Notes under the pieces: generated by a model | The model's database searches: none | What the model saw: the letters and a program-made list of their open reading frames with translations, nothing else | Told to the model about the DNA's origin: nothing | Position numbers and translations under genes: made by a program | Shown: positions 28,626 to 38,302 of the stretch, in pieces | Layout of the letters: each line of letters opens with the position of its first letter | Position numbering within the stretch: position 1 is the first letter of the stretch | IMG/VR virus record: IMGVR_UViG_3300042330_000433 | Span: 1-64,000 of that record | DNA from: a virus | DNA: 64,000 bases | Strand: one strand, 5' to 3'

Positions 28626-29136
28626 AAATCCTAGAACTGAAGGCAAAATTAAAACACATTTTGGAATGAAAGATTATTTTAAATATTTTAAAAAAGAATA
28701 TCCTACTATAGATATTACCAATAAAAAATATTATGACATAATTGCAGATTTTAATGAAAAAATATGTGAATTAATTATTAATGATAATGTTGAATATAAC
28801 TTACCAAATTTAGGTTCTTCATTATGTGTTAAAAAAACTAAAAAAGTACCTAAGATTGTAGATGGTAAATTACTAAATACAACTCCTGTAGATTGGGTAG
28901 CTACAAATAAATTATGGAATGAAGATGAAGAAGCTAAAGAAAAGAAACTTTTAGTTAGATATAGTAATTATCATACTTCAAAATATGTTTTTAGAATTTA
29001 TTTTAAAAAATATGTTTATCCATTTAAAAACAAAAAATATTTCAAATTTAAATCTAATAGAACATTCGCAAGATTATTAGCTAAAAGAATTAAAGATGAA
29101 GAACAAGACAAATATGATGCATTTTTATTATACTAA
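28612..29136 (+). CDS. IHF-like protein of the crAss tail module
   Basis: LPNLGSSLCVKK, PVDWVATNKLW, NYHT. Confidence 0.65.
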   Translation: MTSNKNPRTEGKIKTHFGMKDYFKYFKKEYPTIDITNKKYYDIIADFNEKICELIINDNVEYNLPNLGSSLCVKKTKKVPKIVDGKLLNTTPVDWVATNKLWNEDEEAKEKKLLVRYSNYHTSKYVFRIYFKKYVYPFKNKKYFKFKSNRTFARLLAKRIKDEEQDKYDAFLLY

Positions 29137-29139
29137 AAT

Positions 29140-29853
29140 ATGACAAATTCAAATTACAAATCGTTAGGTTCAATTATATGGTCTTTATTAAAGAATCCAT
29201 TAGCTGAACAATTAACATACGAAGAAGCTGCTGAGTATGCTTTAGAAGGAATTAAATTACTTGGTGCGCCAGTTATATATTTATCTAAAGTAGAACGGAA
29301 AGTTTTACAATTACATAAAACAGATATACCTTGTGATTTATTATACATAGAAGGTGTTAAATATTTTGGAAATAACAGTGAAGGTGTAGCTATGAGAGAA
29401 GCTACAAATTCTTTTCATATTGATTCAAATCAATTAGAATCAAATGATTATGGAAATAATGAGTTTACTTATAAAATACAAAAAGGTATTTTGTTTAGTT
29501 CAATGGCTGAAGGGTGTGTAGATATTGCTTATAAAGGTATTGCTACAGATGATGAAGGTTATCCTTTAATACCAGATAATCAAAAAGTTCAATTAGCTTT
29601 AGAATACTATATTTTAAGTAGATATTTAGAACCACTATGGTTAATGGGTAAAGTAACAGATAAAGCTTTTGAATATATTCAACAAAAAAGATTTTTCTAT
29701 ATGGCTAGTGCACAAACAGGTGTAATGATGCCTAGTATAGATAAAATGGAAAGTTTAATGAATGGTATTAATAGATTGATTGTAAATACAACTTCTCACA
29801 AAGATAGCTTTAAAAAATTAGGAGAAAAAGAATATATAAAAAAATATAATTAA
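29140..29853 (+). CDS. tail tubular/ring protein
   Basis: AYKGIATDDEGYPLIPD motif; precedes the stabilisation protein. Confidence 0.75.
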   Translation: MTNSNYKSLGSIIWSLLKNPLAEQLTYEEAAEYALEGIKLLGAPVIYLSKVERKVLQLHKTDIPCDLLYIEGVKYFGNNSEGVAMREATNSFHIDSNQLESNDYGNNEFTYKIQKGILFSSMAEGCVDIAYKGIATDDEGYPLIPDNQKVQLALEYYILSRYLEPLWLMGKVTDKAFEYIQQKRFFYMASAQTGVMMPSIDKMESLMNGINRLIVNTTSHKDSFKKLGEKEYIKKYN

Positions 29854-29855
29854 CA

Positions 29856-32800
29856 ATGAATAAATCCGTAACTCAGACTTATAATGGAATGCAACAAGAC
29901 CTTACTAAGTCTAAATTCTCAAATAATTTTTATTTTGAAGGTAAAAATATTAGAATTGTTACAACTGATTCACAAAGTACAAATTCTGTAACTAATGAAA
30001 AAGGTAATTCTTTAATACTTTCTATACCTACTCCTATAATAAATTATACTACAAAAATTATAACTTATGGTTTAAACACTTTAAGTTATACAACTGATGA
30101 AATTAATAATACTTATTTTATATCTGGATTTTCATATGGACAATCTGGAAATCAAGTAATTGTTGGTCATTGTACAATAAGAAATAATATTATTTTATTT
30201 ACAACTGATAATAATGGTTTTGATTGTATTTGGAAAGTAAATGATACTACTTATAATATAGAATTATTATATTTAAGAAATTTAGGTTTTAGTACAAATA
30301 ATCCTATACAATGTATTAATAATTATGAAAATGAAATAATTGATAAAATATATTGGGTAGATGGTAAACATCAAACAAGATTTTTAAATATATATAATTC
30401 AATTGCAAATTTAGATGCTGAAAATTTAATAGATTTAAGTATTAATAATATTCAATTTGTTGGAACTTTTAATTTAGATCAACCTGAAATAATTGATGTA
30501 TTACAAGGTAGTATTCATACTGCAGGTGTTATACAATATGCTTATAATTTATATAGAATAAATGGAACTCAAACTAAAATTAGTCCGCTAAGTGAACAAG
30601 TTGCTTTAGATAAAGGAACTGATAGTGGAGGCGGTGGTGTTAATGAAATTGTAGGTTCATTACCTGTTATAAAAATTGATAATATTGATCCAACTTATAC
30701 TAATATAAGATTATATGCTGTAAAATACACTTCATTCAATGAAACACCTGAAATATCTCTAATATTAGATAGAAGTATAAATGATGTAAGTGAGATTATA
30801 TATTATGATGATGGTAATATTATAAATACAATTAGTTTAGAAGAATTTTTATTTTTAGGTTCTGATATAATTATACCTAAACATATTAATACTAAAGAAA
30901 ACAGATTATTTTTTGCAAATTATAAAGAAAATAATTTTGATATAAATACATATGGTGAAGTAAATAGTATTGATACTAGAGCATATTCTTTTCCAACAAG
31001 TTCAACAACAGTTAATGTTTATAATTCATTATATGATAACTCTGGTATACTAGATTCATTAGAAGCACCAATAACAATTAATTCTTCCGTAATATCTGGA
31101 GCAACAATTGTACCTTATGAAAATTCTACTATTAATATTAATTATGATGTTAATAATAAACAATTTAATAATAATATTATTGGTGGTGAAGGTGCTTATT
31201 TAAAATATAAACTTGTAAGAAATCAAGTTGGCGGTATCAATTTTACAACTGAAGATACTAAAGGTAAGTTTTTAAAAGATAATGAGATATACAGATTAGG
31301 TATTCAATTTTATAATAAATATGGTCAAAATAGTTTACCTAAATGGATTGCTGATTTTAAAACAATTGTTGTAGGAAACCAATCTAATTTAAATGGATAT
31401 TATGCTTCTATTGAAATTACATTAAAACCTTTATTTTATACATGGTTAGCTAATAATAATAATTTTTTAGATGAAAATGGTAATTATGATGATGCTTTAA
31501 AACCAGTAGGTTATAAATTATTAAGAGCTGAAAGAACATTATTAGATAAAACTATTATTTGTCAAGGTTTAATTAACGGTATGTTATCTCAAGTTATTGG
31601 TGATGATACTGGTGGTTCTGGTGGAATTGATGCAGCGGCTATTATACGAGCAAACAATGGTTTAAAAATACCGTCAATGATGCGTAGATTTGATGAATAT
31701 TTATGTCCAATGTGGAGAAATGAATGTTATTCTAGACTTGATAAATTTACAGGTGATCATCCTGAATTTGTTAATAATTTTATACCTTTTGAAGTAAATG
31801 GAGATGCTGCTAATGAAGTTTATAAAGCTACAGAAGCTGATCGATGGACTGCTGGTACATATCAATTTACTAAATTAATGCAATTATTTTCACCTGAAGT
31901 AATGTTTAATAGTTTACAATCACTTGGGGATTGCACTTTAGTTAATATAGGTGGATTTGAAAATGATTTTAATTCTTCTTGGGCTCAAGTAAGACAAGTA
32001 AAAACTAAAGAAGTTACAACAGATGGTAAAACTTTTAATGCAATATCTCCACATGATATTAAAGCTTATGATACTGGAAACTTTCAATTAAATTTTGGTG
32101 AAAGAGATCAAATTCAATTTCATGGTTTTTTTGGACACGGTCAAGATGATGAAATAAATTTTGTTCAAACATTTAGAAAATATACTGGTAATTTTATAAA
32201 TTCAAATACATTAAACACTCATAAAAATATTTATGGTATACCTTTACTTGTTGAAAAAGGTCAAGGTAGAACTAGTTATAATAATGACCCAGATATGGTT
32301 TTCTATAATTCTTTAGAAAATTTATCAGCAGATAGAGTTTTAAACTTTGTAAATACTTGGGGTGCTAAAAATATTACATTTGCTTTAGGTAATGATACTT
32401 TAGATACTGAAAATAGAGAAGGTATGGAAGAATTATATACAAATTCTGGTATAATGGATAGTGGTACAGGTTTAATATGTGAATTTAGAATACCTCAAGC
32501 ATTAGTATATCTTGGAAATATATACGGTGGTAATTCTTATGAGTCTAAAAAAAGAACTAATTATATTGAAATTGGAACATATAATGATATTATCAATAAT
32601 ATATATAATTGTAAACACGCAGGTGATACTTTTATATCTAATTTTAAATTTACAAAATTAGTAAAAACAGATACTGAAGTTTATTCAAAAAATTCTTTTC
32701 AATTTACAGAAATTGTAGAATTTAGAGTTGAAACAACTGTTGATTTAAAAAATAGAAATGATCTTTCAATAGAAGAATGGGATGCTAGATTTCAACCAAG

Positions 32801-33944
32801 ATATGAAGAATATCAAAAATATAATAAAGTGTATTCACAAGAACCTACTTTAATATTAAGAAGAGATTTGGATTATAAATTTAAAAGAGTAGATTCTTTT
32901 GACACTAATGTAATATGTAGTAAATTAAAATCTCCAGGTGAAGTAATTGATAATTGGACAGATATTGAAGTTAATAATATATTAACATTAAAAGGACAGT
33001 TTGGACCAATCAATTGTTTACATTCTCATAAAGATGAATTATATACTTTACAAGATACAGGTTTTGCAAGATTATCAATTAATCCTAGAGTTCAAGTTCA
33101 AGGTGATGATGGTTTAGCTTTACAATTAGGAACTGGTCAAGTATTAGATGATTACAATTATATTTCTACAGAATCAGGAACTTTAAATAAATGGTCAGTA
33201 ATTAGCTCACCATCTACACTATATTACTACGATACTTTAAATAAGTCATTAAATAGTTTTACAGGTGGTTTAAAAGGATTGTCTGATGAAAAAGGTATGC
33301 ATATATACTTTACAAATAATACTGTCTTAAATAGTCTTAAAATAGATAATCCATTAATTGGTACAGGTGTAAGTGCAGGATATGATTATATTAATAATGA
33401 ATTATTTATGAGTTTTCATCAACCTAATCCATTTACAATATGTTACAATGAAAGTAAACAATATTTTACAAGTTTTTATGATTATATTCCTAATAGATAT
33501 ATTTCAAAAGGTCATTATTTAATTACTACAAATCCTGCTAATAATAGTATTTACTTACAATATGCAGGAGAATATAATACTTTTTATGGTGTTAAATATC
33601 CTTCTAGTGTTACATTTAATGTTAATCCAGAACCAACTAAAGATTGTGTATTTAACAATATTAATTTTAAATCTGATGTTACTTTAAATAATGTAGATCA
33701 AGTAAATAGAACATTAACTCATATACAAGCTTATAATGACTATCAAGATAGTGGTTTAATACCATTAATTGTTGGTAGAAATAATAATCTTAGACGTAAG
33801 TTTAGAGATTGGAATGCTTTAATACCTAGACAAAGTAGAAATAGAATTAGATCTCCTTATATGAAACTTAAAGTTCAGTTTACAAATCCTGATAATTTAA
33901 AAATGATATTACACGATTTAAACATTTATTATACAACATATTAA
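29856..33944 (+). CDS. tail stabilisation / muzzle protein
   Basis: 1362 aa, beta-propeller-like; GMQQD, NIRI, IYWVDG, YRLGIQF, SFYDYIP, RNRIR. Confidence 0.85.
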   Translation: MNKSVTQTYNGMQQDLTKSKFSNNFYFEGKNIRIVTTDSQSTNSVTNEKGNSLILSIPTPIINYTTKIITYGLNTLSYTTDEINNTYFISGFSYGQSGNQVIVGHCTIRNNIILFTTDNNGFDCIWKVNDTTYNIELLYLRNLGFSTNNPIQCINNYENEIIDKIYWVDGKHQTRFLNIYNSIANLDAENLIDLSINNIQFVGTFNLDQPEIIDVLQGSIHTAGVIQYAYNLYRINGTQTKISPLSEQVALDKGTDSGGGGVNEIVGSLPVIKIDNIDPTYTNIRLYAVKYTSFNETPEISLILDRSINDVSEIIYYDDGNIINTISLEEFLFLGSDIIIPKHINTKENRLFFANYKENNFDINTYGEVNSIDTRAYSFPTSSTTVNVYNSLYDNSGILDSLEAPITINSSVISGATIVPYENSTININYDVNNKQFNNNIIGGEGAYLKYKLVRNQVGGINFTTEDTKGKFLKDNEIYRLGIQFYNKYGQNSLPKWIADFKTIVVGNQSNLNGYYASIEITLKPLFYTWLANNNNFLDENGNYDDALKPVGYKLLRAERTLLDKTIICQGLINGMLSQVIGDDTGGSGGIDAAAIIRANNGLKIPSMMRRFDEYLCPMWRNECYSRLDKFTGDHPEFVNNFIPFEVNGDAANEVYKATEADRWTAGTYQFTKLMQLFSPEVMFNSLQSLGDCTLVNIGGFENDFNSSWAQVRQVKTKEVTTDGKTFNAISPHDIKAYDTGNFQLNFGERDQIQFHGFFGHGQDDEINFVQTFRKYTGNFINSNTLNTHKNIYGIPLLVEKGQGRTSYNNDPDMVFYNSLENLSADRVLNFVNTWGAKNITFALGNDTLDTENREGMEELYTNSGIMDSGTGLICEFRIPQALVYLGNIYGGNSYESKKRTNYIEIGTYNDIINNIYNCKHAGDTFISNFKFTKLVKTDTEVYSKNSFQFTEIVEFRVETTVDLKNRNDLSIEEWDARFQPRYEEYQKYNKVYSQEPTLILRRDLDYKFKRVDSFDTNVICSKLKSPGEVIDNWTDIEVNNILTLKGQFGPINCLHSHKDELYTLQDTGFARLSINPRVQVQGDDGLALQLGTGQVLDDYNYISTESGTLNKWSVISSPSTLYYYDTLNKSLNSFTGGLKGLSDEKGMHIYFTNNTVLNSLKIDNPLIGTGVSAGYDYINNELFMSFHQPNPFTICYNESKQYFTSFYDYIPNRYISKGHYLITTNPANNSIYLQYAGEYNTFYGVKYPSSVTFNVNPEPTKDCVFNNINFKSDVTLNNVDQVNRTLTHIQAYNDYQDSGLIPLIVGRNNNLRRKFRDWNALIPRQSRNRIRSPYMKLKVQFTNPDNLKMILHDLNIYYTTY

Positions 33945-33972
33945 AATATAATATAAAATAAATAATAAAAAA

Positions 33973-34004
33973 CTTGTTTTATATATAAATATTTTGTATA
34001 TTTG
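33973..34004 (+). promoter_or_regulatory. Bacteroidetes sigma promoter
   Basis: CTTG(33973)-N20-TATATTTG(33997). Confidence 0.75.
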
Positions 34005-34032
34005 TATATAACTCATTTAATAATAAATAACT

Positions 34033-34065
34033 AAGGAGAAGAATTAATTTTCTTCTCCTTTTTTT
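34033..34065 (+). terminator. intrinsic terminator / attenuator
   Basis: AAGGAGAAGA-attaattt-TCTTCTCCTT followed by a T run. Confidence 0.8.
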
Positions 34066-34081
34066 ATAACTAATAAATAAT

Positions 34082-34666
34082 ATGATAGGTATTTATAAAA
34101 TAACTTCTCCAACTAATAGAATTTATATAGGTCAAAGTAATAATATAGAACTTAGATTTAAATTTTATAAAAATTTAAGATGTAAATCTCAAATACGATT
34201 ATATCGTTCATTTTTAAAACATAATGTTGATCAACACAAATTTGAAATAATTGAAGAATGTGATATTAAAGAATTAAATAATAAAGAACGATATTGGCAA
34301 GATTATTATGATGTAATATCTAACAAAGGTATGAATTGTATATTAACTAATGCAGATAATAAATCTGGAAAATTATCAAAATTTACAAAAAATAAATTAA
34401 GTAAATCTACAAAAGGTGTTAAAAAATCTCCAGAACATTGTAAAAAATTAGGTTTAGCTAAAAAAGGTATTAAATTATCAGAAAACCATAAATTAAAAGT
34501 AAGTTTAAATAGTAAACAATCTAAAAAAGTAATAAATTTAGAAACAAATACGATATATAATTCAATAAAAGAAGCTTCTATTAAATTAAATATAAATTAT
34601 AGAACGTTATCTTGGAGAATAAATAATAATCATAAAACATTAAAATTTTTAAATAATGAACAATAA
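34082..34666 (+). CDS. GIY-YIG homing endonuclease
   Basis: GIYKIT...IYIGQS, R and E catalytic pattern, NUMOD3/NUMOD1 tail. Confidence 0.9.
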   Translation: MIGIYKITSPTNRIYIGQSNNIELRFKFYKNLRCKSQIRLYRSFLKHNVDQHKFEIIEECDIKELNNKERYWQDYYDVISNKGMNCILTNADNKSGKLSKFTKNKLSKSTKGVKKSPEHCKKLGLAKKGIKLSENHKLKVSLNSKQSKKVINLETNTIYNSIKEASIKLNINYRTLSWRINNNHKTLKFLNNEQ

Positions 34667-36314
34667 ATTAACAGAATTTAATACTGGAGGAACACATTCA
34701 GAAAACAAATATGGTGGAATACCAATTGGATCAAATACTACTGTTGAAGAAAATGAAAGTAAAAAAGATAATTTTATTTATAGTGACAGAATTCCTATAA
34801 ATGAAGATACAATTAAACAATTTAATCTTCCAAATTATATAAAAAATAAAAGTATTTCTGGAGCTGCAAAAAGTATCAATGATAAATTTAAAGATAGGCA
34901 AGATAAATATGCAACAGAAACTAAAAATACTTTATTAGATAGATTAGCTCAAGCACAAGAATCTATTAAAGCACAAGAAGCTCAAATGAATCAGTCTATG
35001 ATGGCTAATTCACAACAAGTTCCAGATATGATGAATGGTGAAATACCAGCAGGTATGGAAGAATTTACACAAACAGAACAAATGTTTATGGGTGGTGAAG
35101 TTCCTACAGAAGGTGTTGCTGGAGCAGAAGGAATGGATCCTATGTTATCTGCAGGTACTAAAATGTTACCTAGTTTACTTAGTGGAGATAAAAATCAAAT
35201 GATCACATCAGGTGTTGAAACAGGTTTTGGTTTAGCAGGTACAGCTATTGGTGGTCCTGTAGGTGGTATGATTGGTAGCACTGTAGGTAAAGCTGTATCT
35301 CCAATGATTTCTAAATTACTAAATGATAAGAAACAACAAAAAATGTTAAACCAACAAGCTATTAAAGCAAGTTCTACTTTTTCTAGTGATTTTGCATTAG
35401 GTGGACCAATTTATCCTAATTTTACTAAAGTTAATCCATATGAAGGAGAACTTGGTAGTTCTAAATTTGATTATCCATTTACAAAATTTCCTAAACCAGA
35501 TTTACCAGCAATTGAAGCACCTAATTTAGAAGGTTTAGATCCTGGTATTGAAATAAATGATTTGTCTGAAAGAAATGGATATTCTAATCCTAATTTAGCA
35601 CCAGATCCTAAAACTACTAATATGGGTAAAATGTATCCTAAAGCAGATTTATCAAAAGTAGGTGATTATTTAGATAAAAATGGTGGTAAATTTTTAAAAT
35701 ATGCACCAGTTGCTATGAATGCTTATCAACTATCTAAATTAAAACCTGCTGAAAATAAAAGATTAGATAGAATGTCTGGTAGATATAATCCAGAATATGT
35801 TGATGAAAAAACATTACAAAATATTGCAGGTAATGATATGGATAATACTGTTAATGCAATTACTCAAAGTGGTGGTTCACAAGGTGCTGTTAGAAATGCA
35901 ATTCTTGGAGCAGGATTAAATAGAACTAAAGGTTTATCAAATGCTTACATTTCAGCTAATGCTCAAAATAGAGCTACTAATGATAAAGCTCAAAGTTTTA
36001 ATAGTAATATTGATCAGTTTAATGCACAAACACAACATCAAGAACAACAAAACTGGGAACAAAATGAAGCTGCTGTTAGAAATGAAAAATCTAAATATTT
36101 AGCTGCTATTGGAAATGATCTTGGTGAAGTTGGTAAAGAAGAAGTTAATAAAAATCAAATTGCTGAATCTTTAGGTTACTCTTGGGATGGTAAATATATG
36201 GTTGATAAAAAAACTGGAGAAAAAATAGCATATGAAGATGCAATTGCACAATCAAAAATGCAAACAAAAGCATATGGTGGATTTATAAAAATGAATAAAA
36301 TAGGAAGAAAATAA
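34656..36314 (+). CDS. internal virion cargo protein
   Basis: GGTHSENKYGG motif, Gly-rich hydrophobic segment, Q/N/A-rich, no Cys. Confidence 0.7.
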   Translation: MNNKLTEFNTGGTHSENKYGGIPIGSNTTVEENESKKDNFIYSDRIPINEDTIKQFNLPNYIKNKSISGAAKSINDKFKDRQDKYATETKNTLLDRLAQAQESIKAQEAQMNQSMMANSQQVPDMMNGEIPAGMEEFTQTEQMFMGGEVPTEGVAGAEGMDPMLSAGTKMLPSLLSGDKNQMITSGVETGFGLAGTAIGGPVGGMIGSTVGKAVSPMISKLLNDKKQQKMLNQQAIKASSTFSSDFALGGPIYPNFTKVNPYEGELGSSKFDYPFTKFPKPDLPAIEAPNLEGLDPGIEINDLSERNGYSNPNLAPDPKTTNMGKMYPKADLSKVGDYLDKNGGKFLKYAPVAMNAYQLSKLKPAENKRLDRMSGRYNPEYVDEKTLQNIAGNDMDNTVNAITQSGGSQGAVRNAILGAGLNRTKGLSNAYISANAQNRATNDKAQSFNSNIDQFNAQTQHQEQQNWEQNEAAVRNEKSKYLAAIGNDLGEVGKEEVNKNQIAESLGYSWDGKYMVDKKTGEKIAYEDAIAQSKMQTKAYGGFIKMNKIGRK

Positions 36315-38299
36315 TGGCAAATAGATTTGATAATGGTTCAGTTTCAGCATATAAACCTCAAAGTTTTCAAGAACTGGCGTTTGTTCCTATGATGAAACGT
36401 AAACAACATGATGAATTAGAAGCAGCTTATATAAATGCTAAAGTTAATACGGATCCTTTAGATGTACATAAAGATGAAGCACTTCGTCTTAAAAATGAAA
36501 TTGAAGGTAAAGTAAGTTCTTTATCAGAACAACTTTCTACAAAAGGTATTACACCAGAAGCTAGAAGTTCATTTTTAAAATTTAATAAAGAATATCAAGA
36601 CTTAATTTCACCAACTGGTAGAATAGGTCAAATAAATAATGCTAAAAAAGTATATGCTGAAGAATTTAAAGAATATTTAGAAGATGCTACTAAAAATAAA
36701 GGATTTTCAAGAGAAGATGCTTTATATAATTGGCAAACACAACATCATCCTAAATATACAGGATATAATGATGCTAGAGAAATTAAAAATATTGATTCAT
36801 ATGGTGCACCAAAAAGACATATTTTACAAGAAGATTTAAAATTAGTTAAATCTTTATTAGGAGAAAACACACAAACTATTATGAAAAATAATGGTTTCAG
36901 TTTTGGAGAAGGACCAAATGGTAGTATAATTATACAAGATGGTAAAGGAAGACTTGTTGAAACTAGCAATTATCCTCAATTAAAAGAAGCTCAAGAATAT
37001 TTAACTAGTAGATGGATTCAACCTACAGGTGAAGGAACAATATCTGCTAGATTTGAAAGACAAGATCCTAAAAGAATTATTGATGAAATTAATAATGGTT
37101 TAGGTATGATGAAATCTTACAAATTAGATGACACTAGAGAAACTGATTATTCAATTCAAGGATATACTGCTCCAGAGAAAAATGTAGATCCAACAGGAGT
37201 TATTATTAGTAATGATAGTACTTTAACTTCAGATGCTGTAGCACAACCTACTTATACTAATGCTTTAGATGAAATTAAAAGATTAAGTTCTTCAAAAAGT
37301 AGAAATTCAGCAGATCAAGCTAAATTAGAAGATTTAATTGAATTAAGACAAAATGCTGATAAAAAATTAAATGCTAATCCTAAATATAATGAATTAACAA
37401 AATCTTATAATAATGCTCAAAAAGCTTATGAAGATTATGCTAATAAAATGGGAACATTTAAAGATGGTAAATGGCAAAGAGATCCTAATAAAAAAGATCC
37501 AACTACATCAAATGTTGCTTTTAAATTATCACAATTAAAAGTAAAAGCTGATGAAATTAATACTCAAAGAAGTAAAATAAAAGATAAAGCTTGGGCAAAA
37601 TCTTCTTCATTAAGACATAATTATTCATATATGCCATCTACTCCAAAAGAAGAATCTAATTGGAATTTACATAATGAAAATATATTCAATGTAATGAAAG
37701 GTGTTGATTTAGGTAATGTATTAGATTTAACAAGTATTCATACAGCAAGTGGTAGTAAGAAAAATATTGAAGATGTTGATGTTCAAAATATTCAAGAATT
37801 ATTAAAACATGGTGATCCAAAATCATTTAAAATTAATAATATTAAAACATATGGTAATAGTAAAACACCTGAAATAACAATGACTTTTAATACTACAGAA
37901 AAAGCTTCAGGATATGATTTAAAAGGTACAACTGGTTTATTTTCATCAGGTGATGATAATTATGGTGGAGCTAACAAACCAGTTACTGTTACTTTTAAAT
38001 TGAAAAAATTAACTAACTCACCAGATACTGGTTCTGCAGTAGGTTATAAAAATTTAAGTGGTGCTATTGCAGATGCTTGGAAAGATAAAGGTAGAATAAA
38101 TCAAGTTACTGGAAATTTCCAAGGAGCGGAAATTTCAACAGCTTTAATTAGTAATAGTTATGCTGATTTAACTAATGATCAATTAGCTCAACGTGCTAGT
38201 AGAGATTCTGATGCATTAACAGCTTTATATTTAAGAGCTTCAAAAAAAGGAGTTACACCAAAAGTATTACTTCAAAAATACAAAAATAATAAAAGATAA
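36314..38299 (+). CDS. internal virion cargo protein
   Basis: MANRFD...YKPQSFQEL N-terminus; precedes the giant genes; no Cys. Confidence 0.65.
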   Translation: MANRFDNGSVSAYKPQSFQELAFVPMMKRKQHDELEAAYINAKVNTDPLDVHKDEALRLKNEIEGKVSSLSEQLSTKGITPEARSSFLKFNKEYQDLISPTGRIGQINNAKKVYAEEFKEYLEDATKNKGFSREDALYNWQTQHHPKYTGYNDAREIKNIDSYGAPKRHILQEDLKLVKSLLGENTQTIMKNNGFSFGEGPNGSIIIQDGKGRLVETSNYPQLKEAQEYLTSRWIQPTGEGTISARFERQDPKRIIDEINNGLGMMKSYKLDDTRETDYSIQGYTAPEKNVDPTGVIISNDSTLTSDAVAQPTYTNALDEIKRLSSSKSRNSADQAKLEDLIELRQNADKKLNANPKYNELTKSYNNAQKAYEDYANKMGTFKDGKWQRDPNKKDPTTSNVAFKLSQLKVKADEINTQRSKIKDKAWAKSSSLRHNYSYMPSTPKEESNWNLHNENIFNVMKGVDLGNVLDLTSIHTASGSKKNIEDVDVQNIQELLKHGDPKSFKINNIKTYGNSKTPEITMTFNTTEKASGYDLKGTTGLFSSGDDNYGGANKPVTVTFKLKKLTNSPDTGSAVGYKNLSGAIADAWKDKGRINQVTGNFQGAEISTALISNSYADLTNDQLAQRASRDSDALTALYLRASKKGVTPKVLLQKYKNNKR

Positions 38300-38302
38300 A
38301 AA

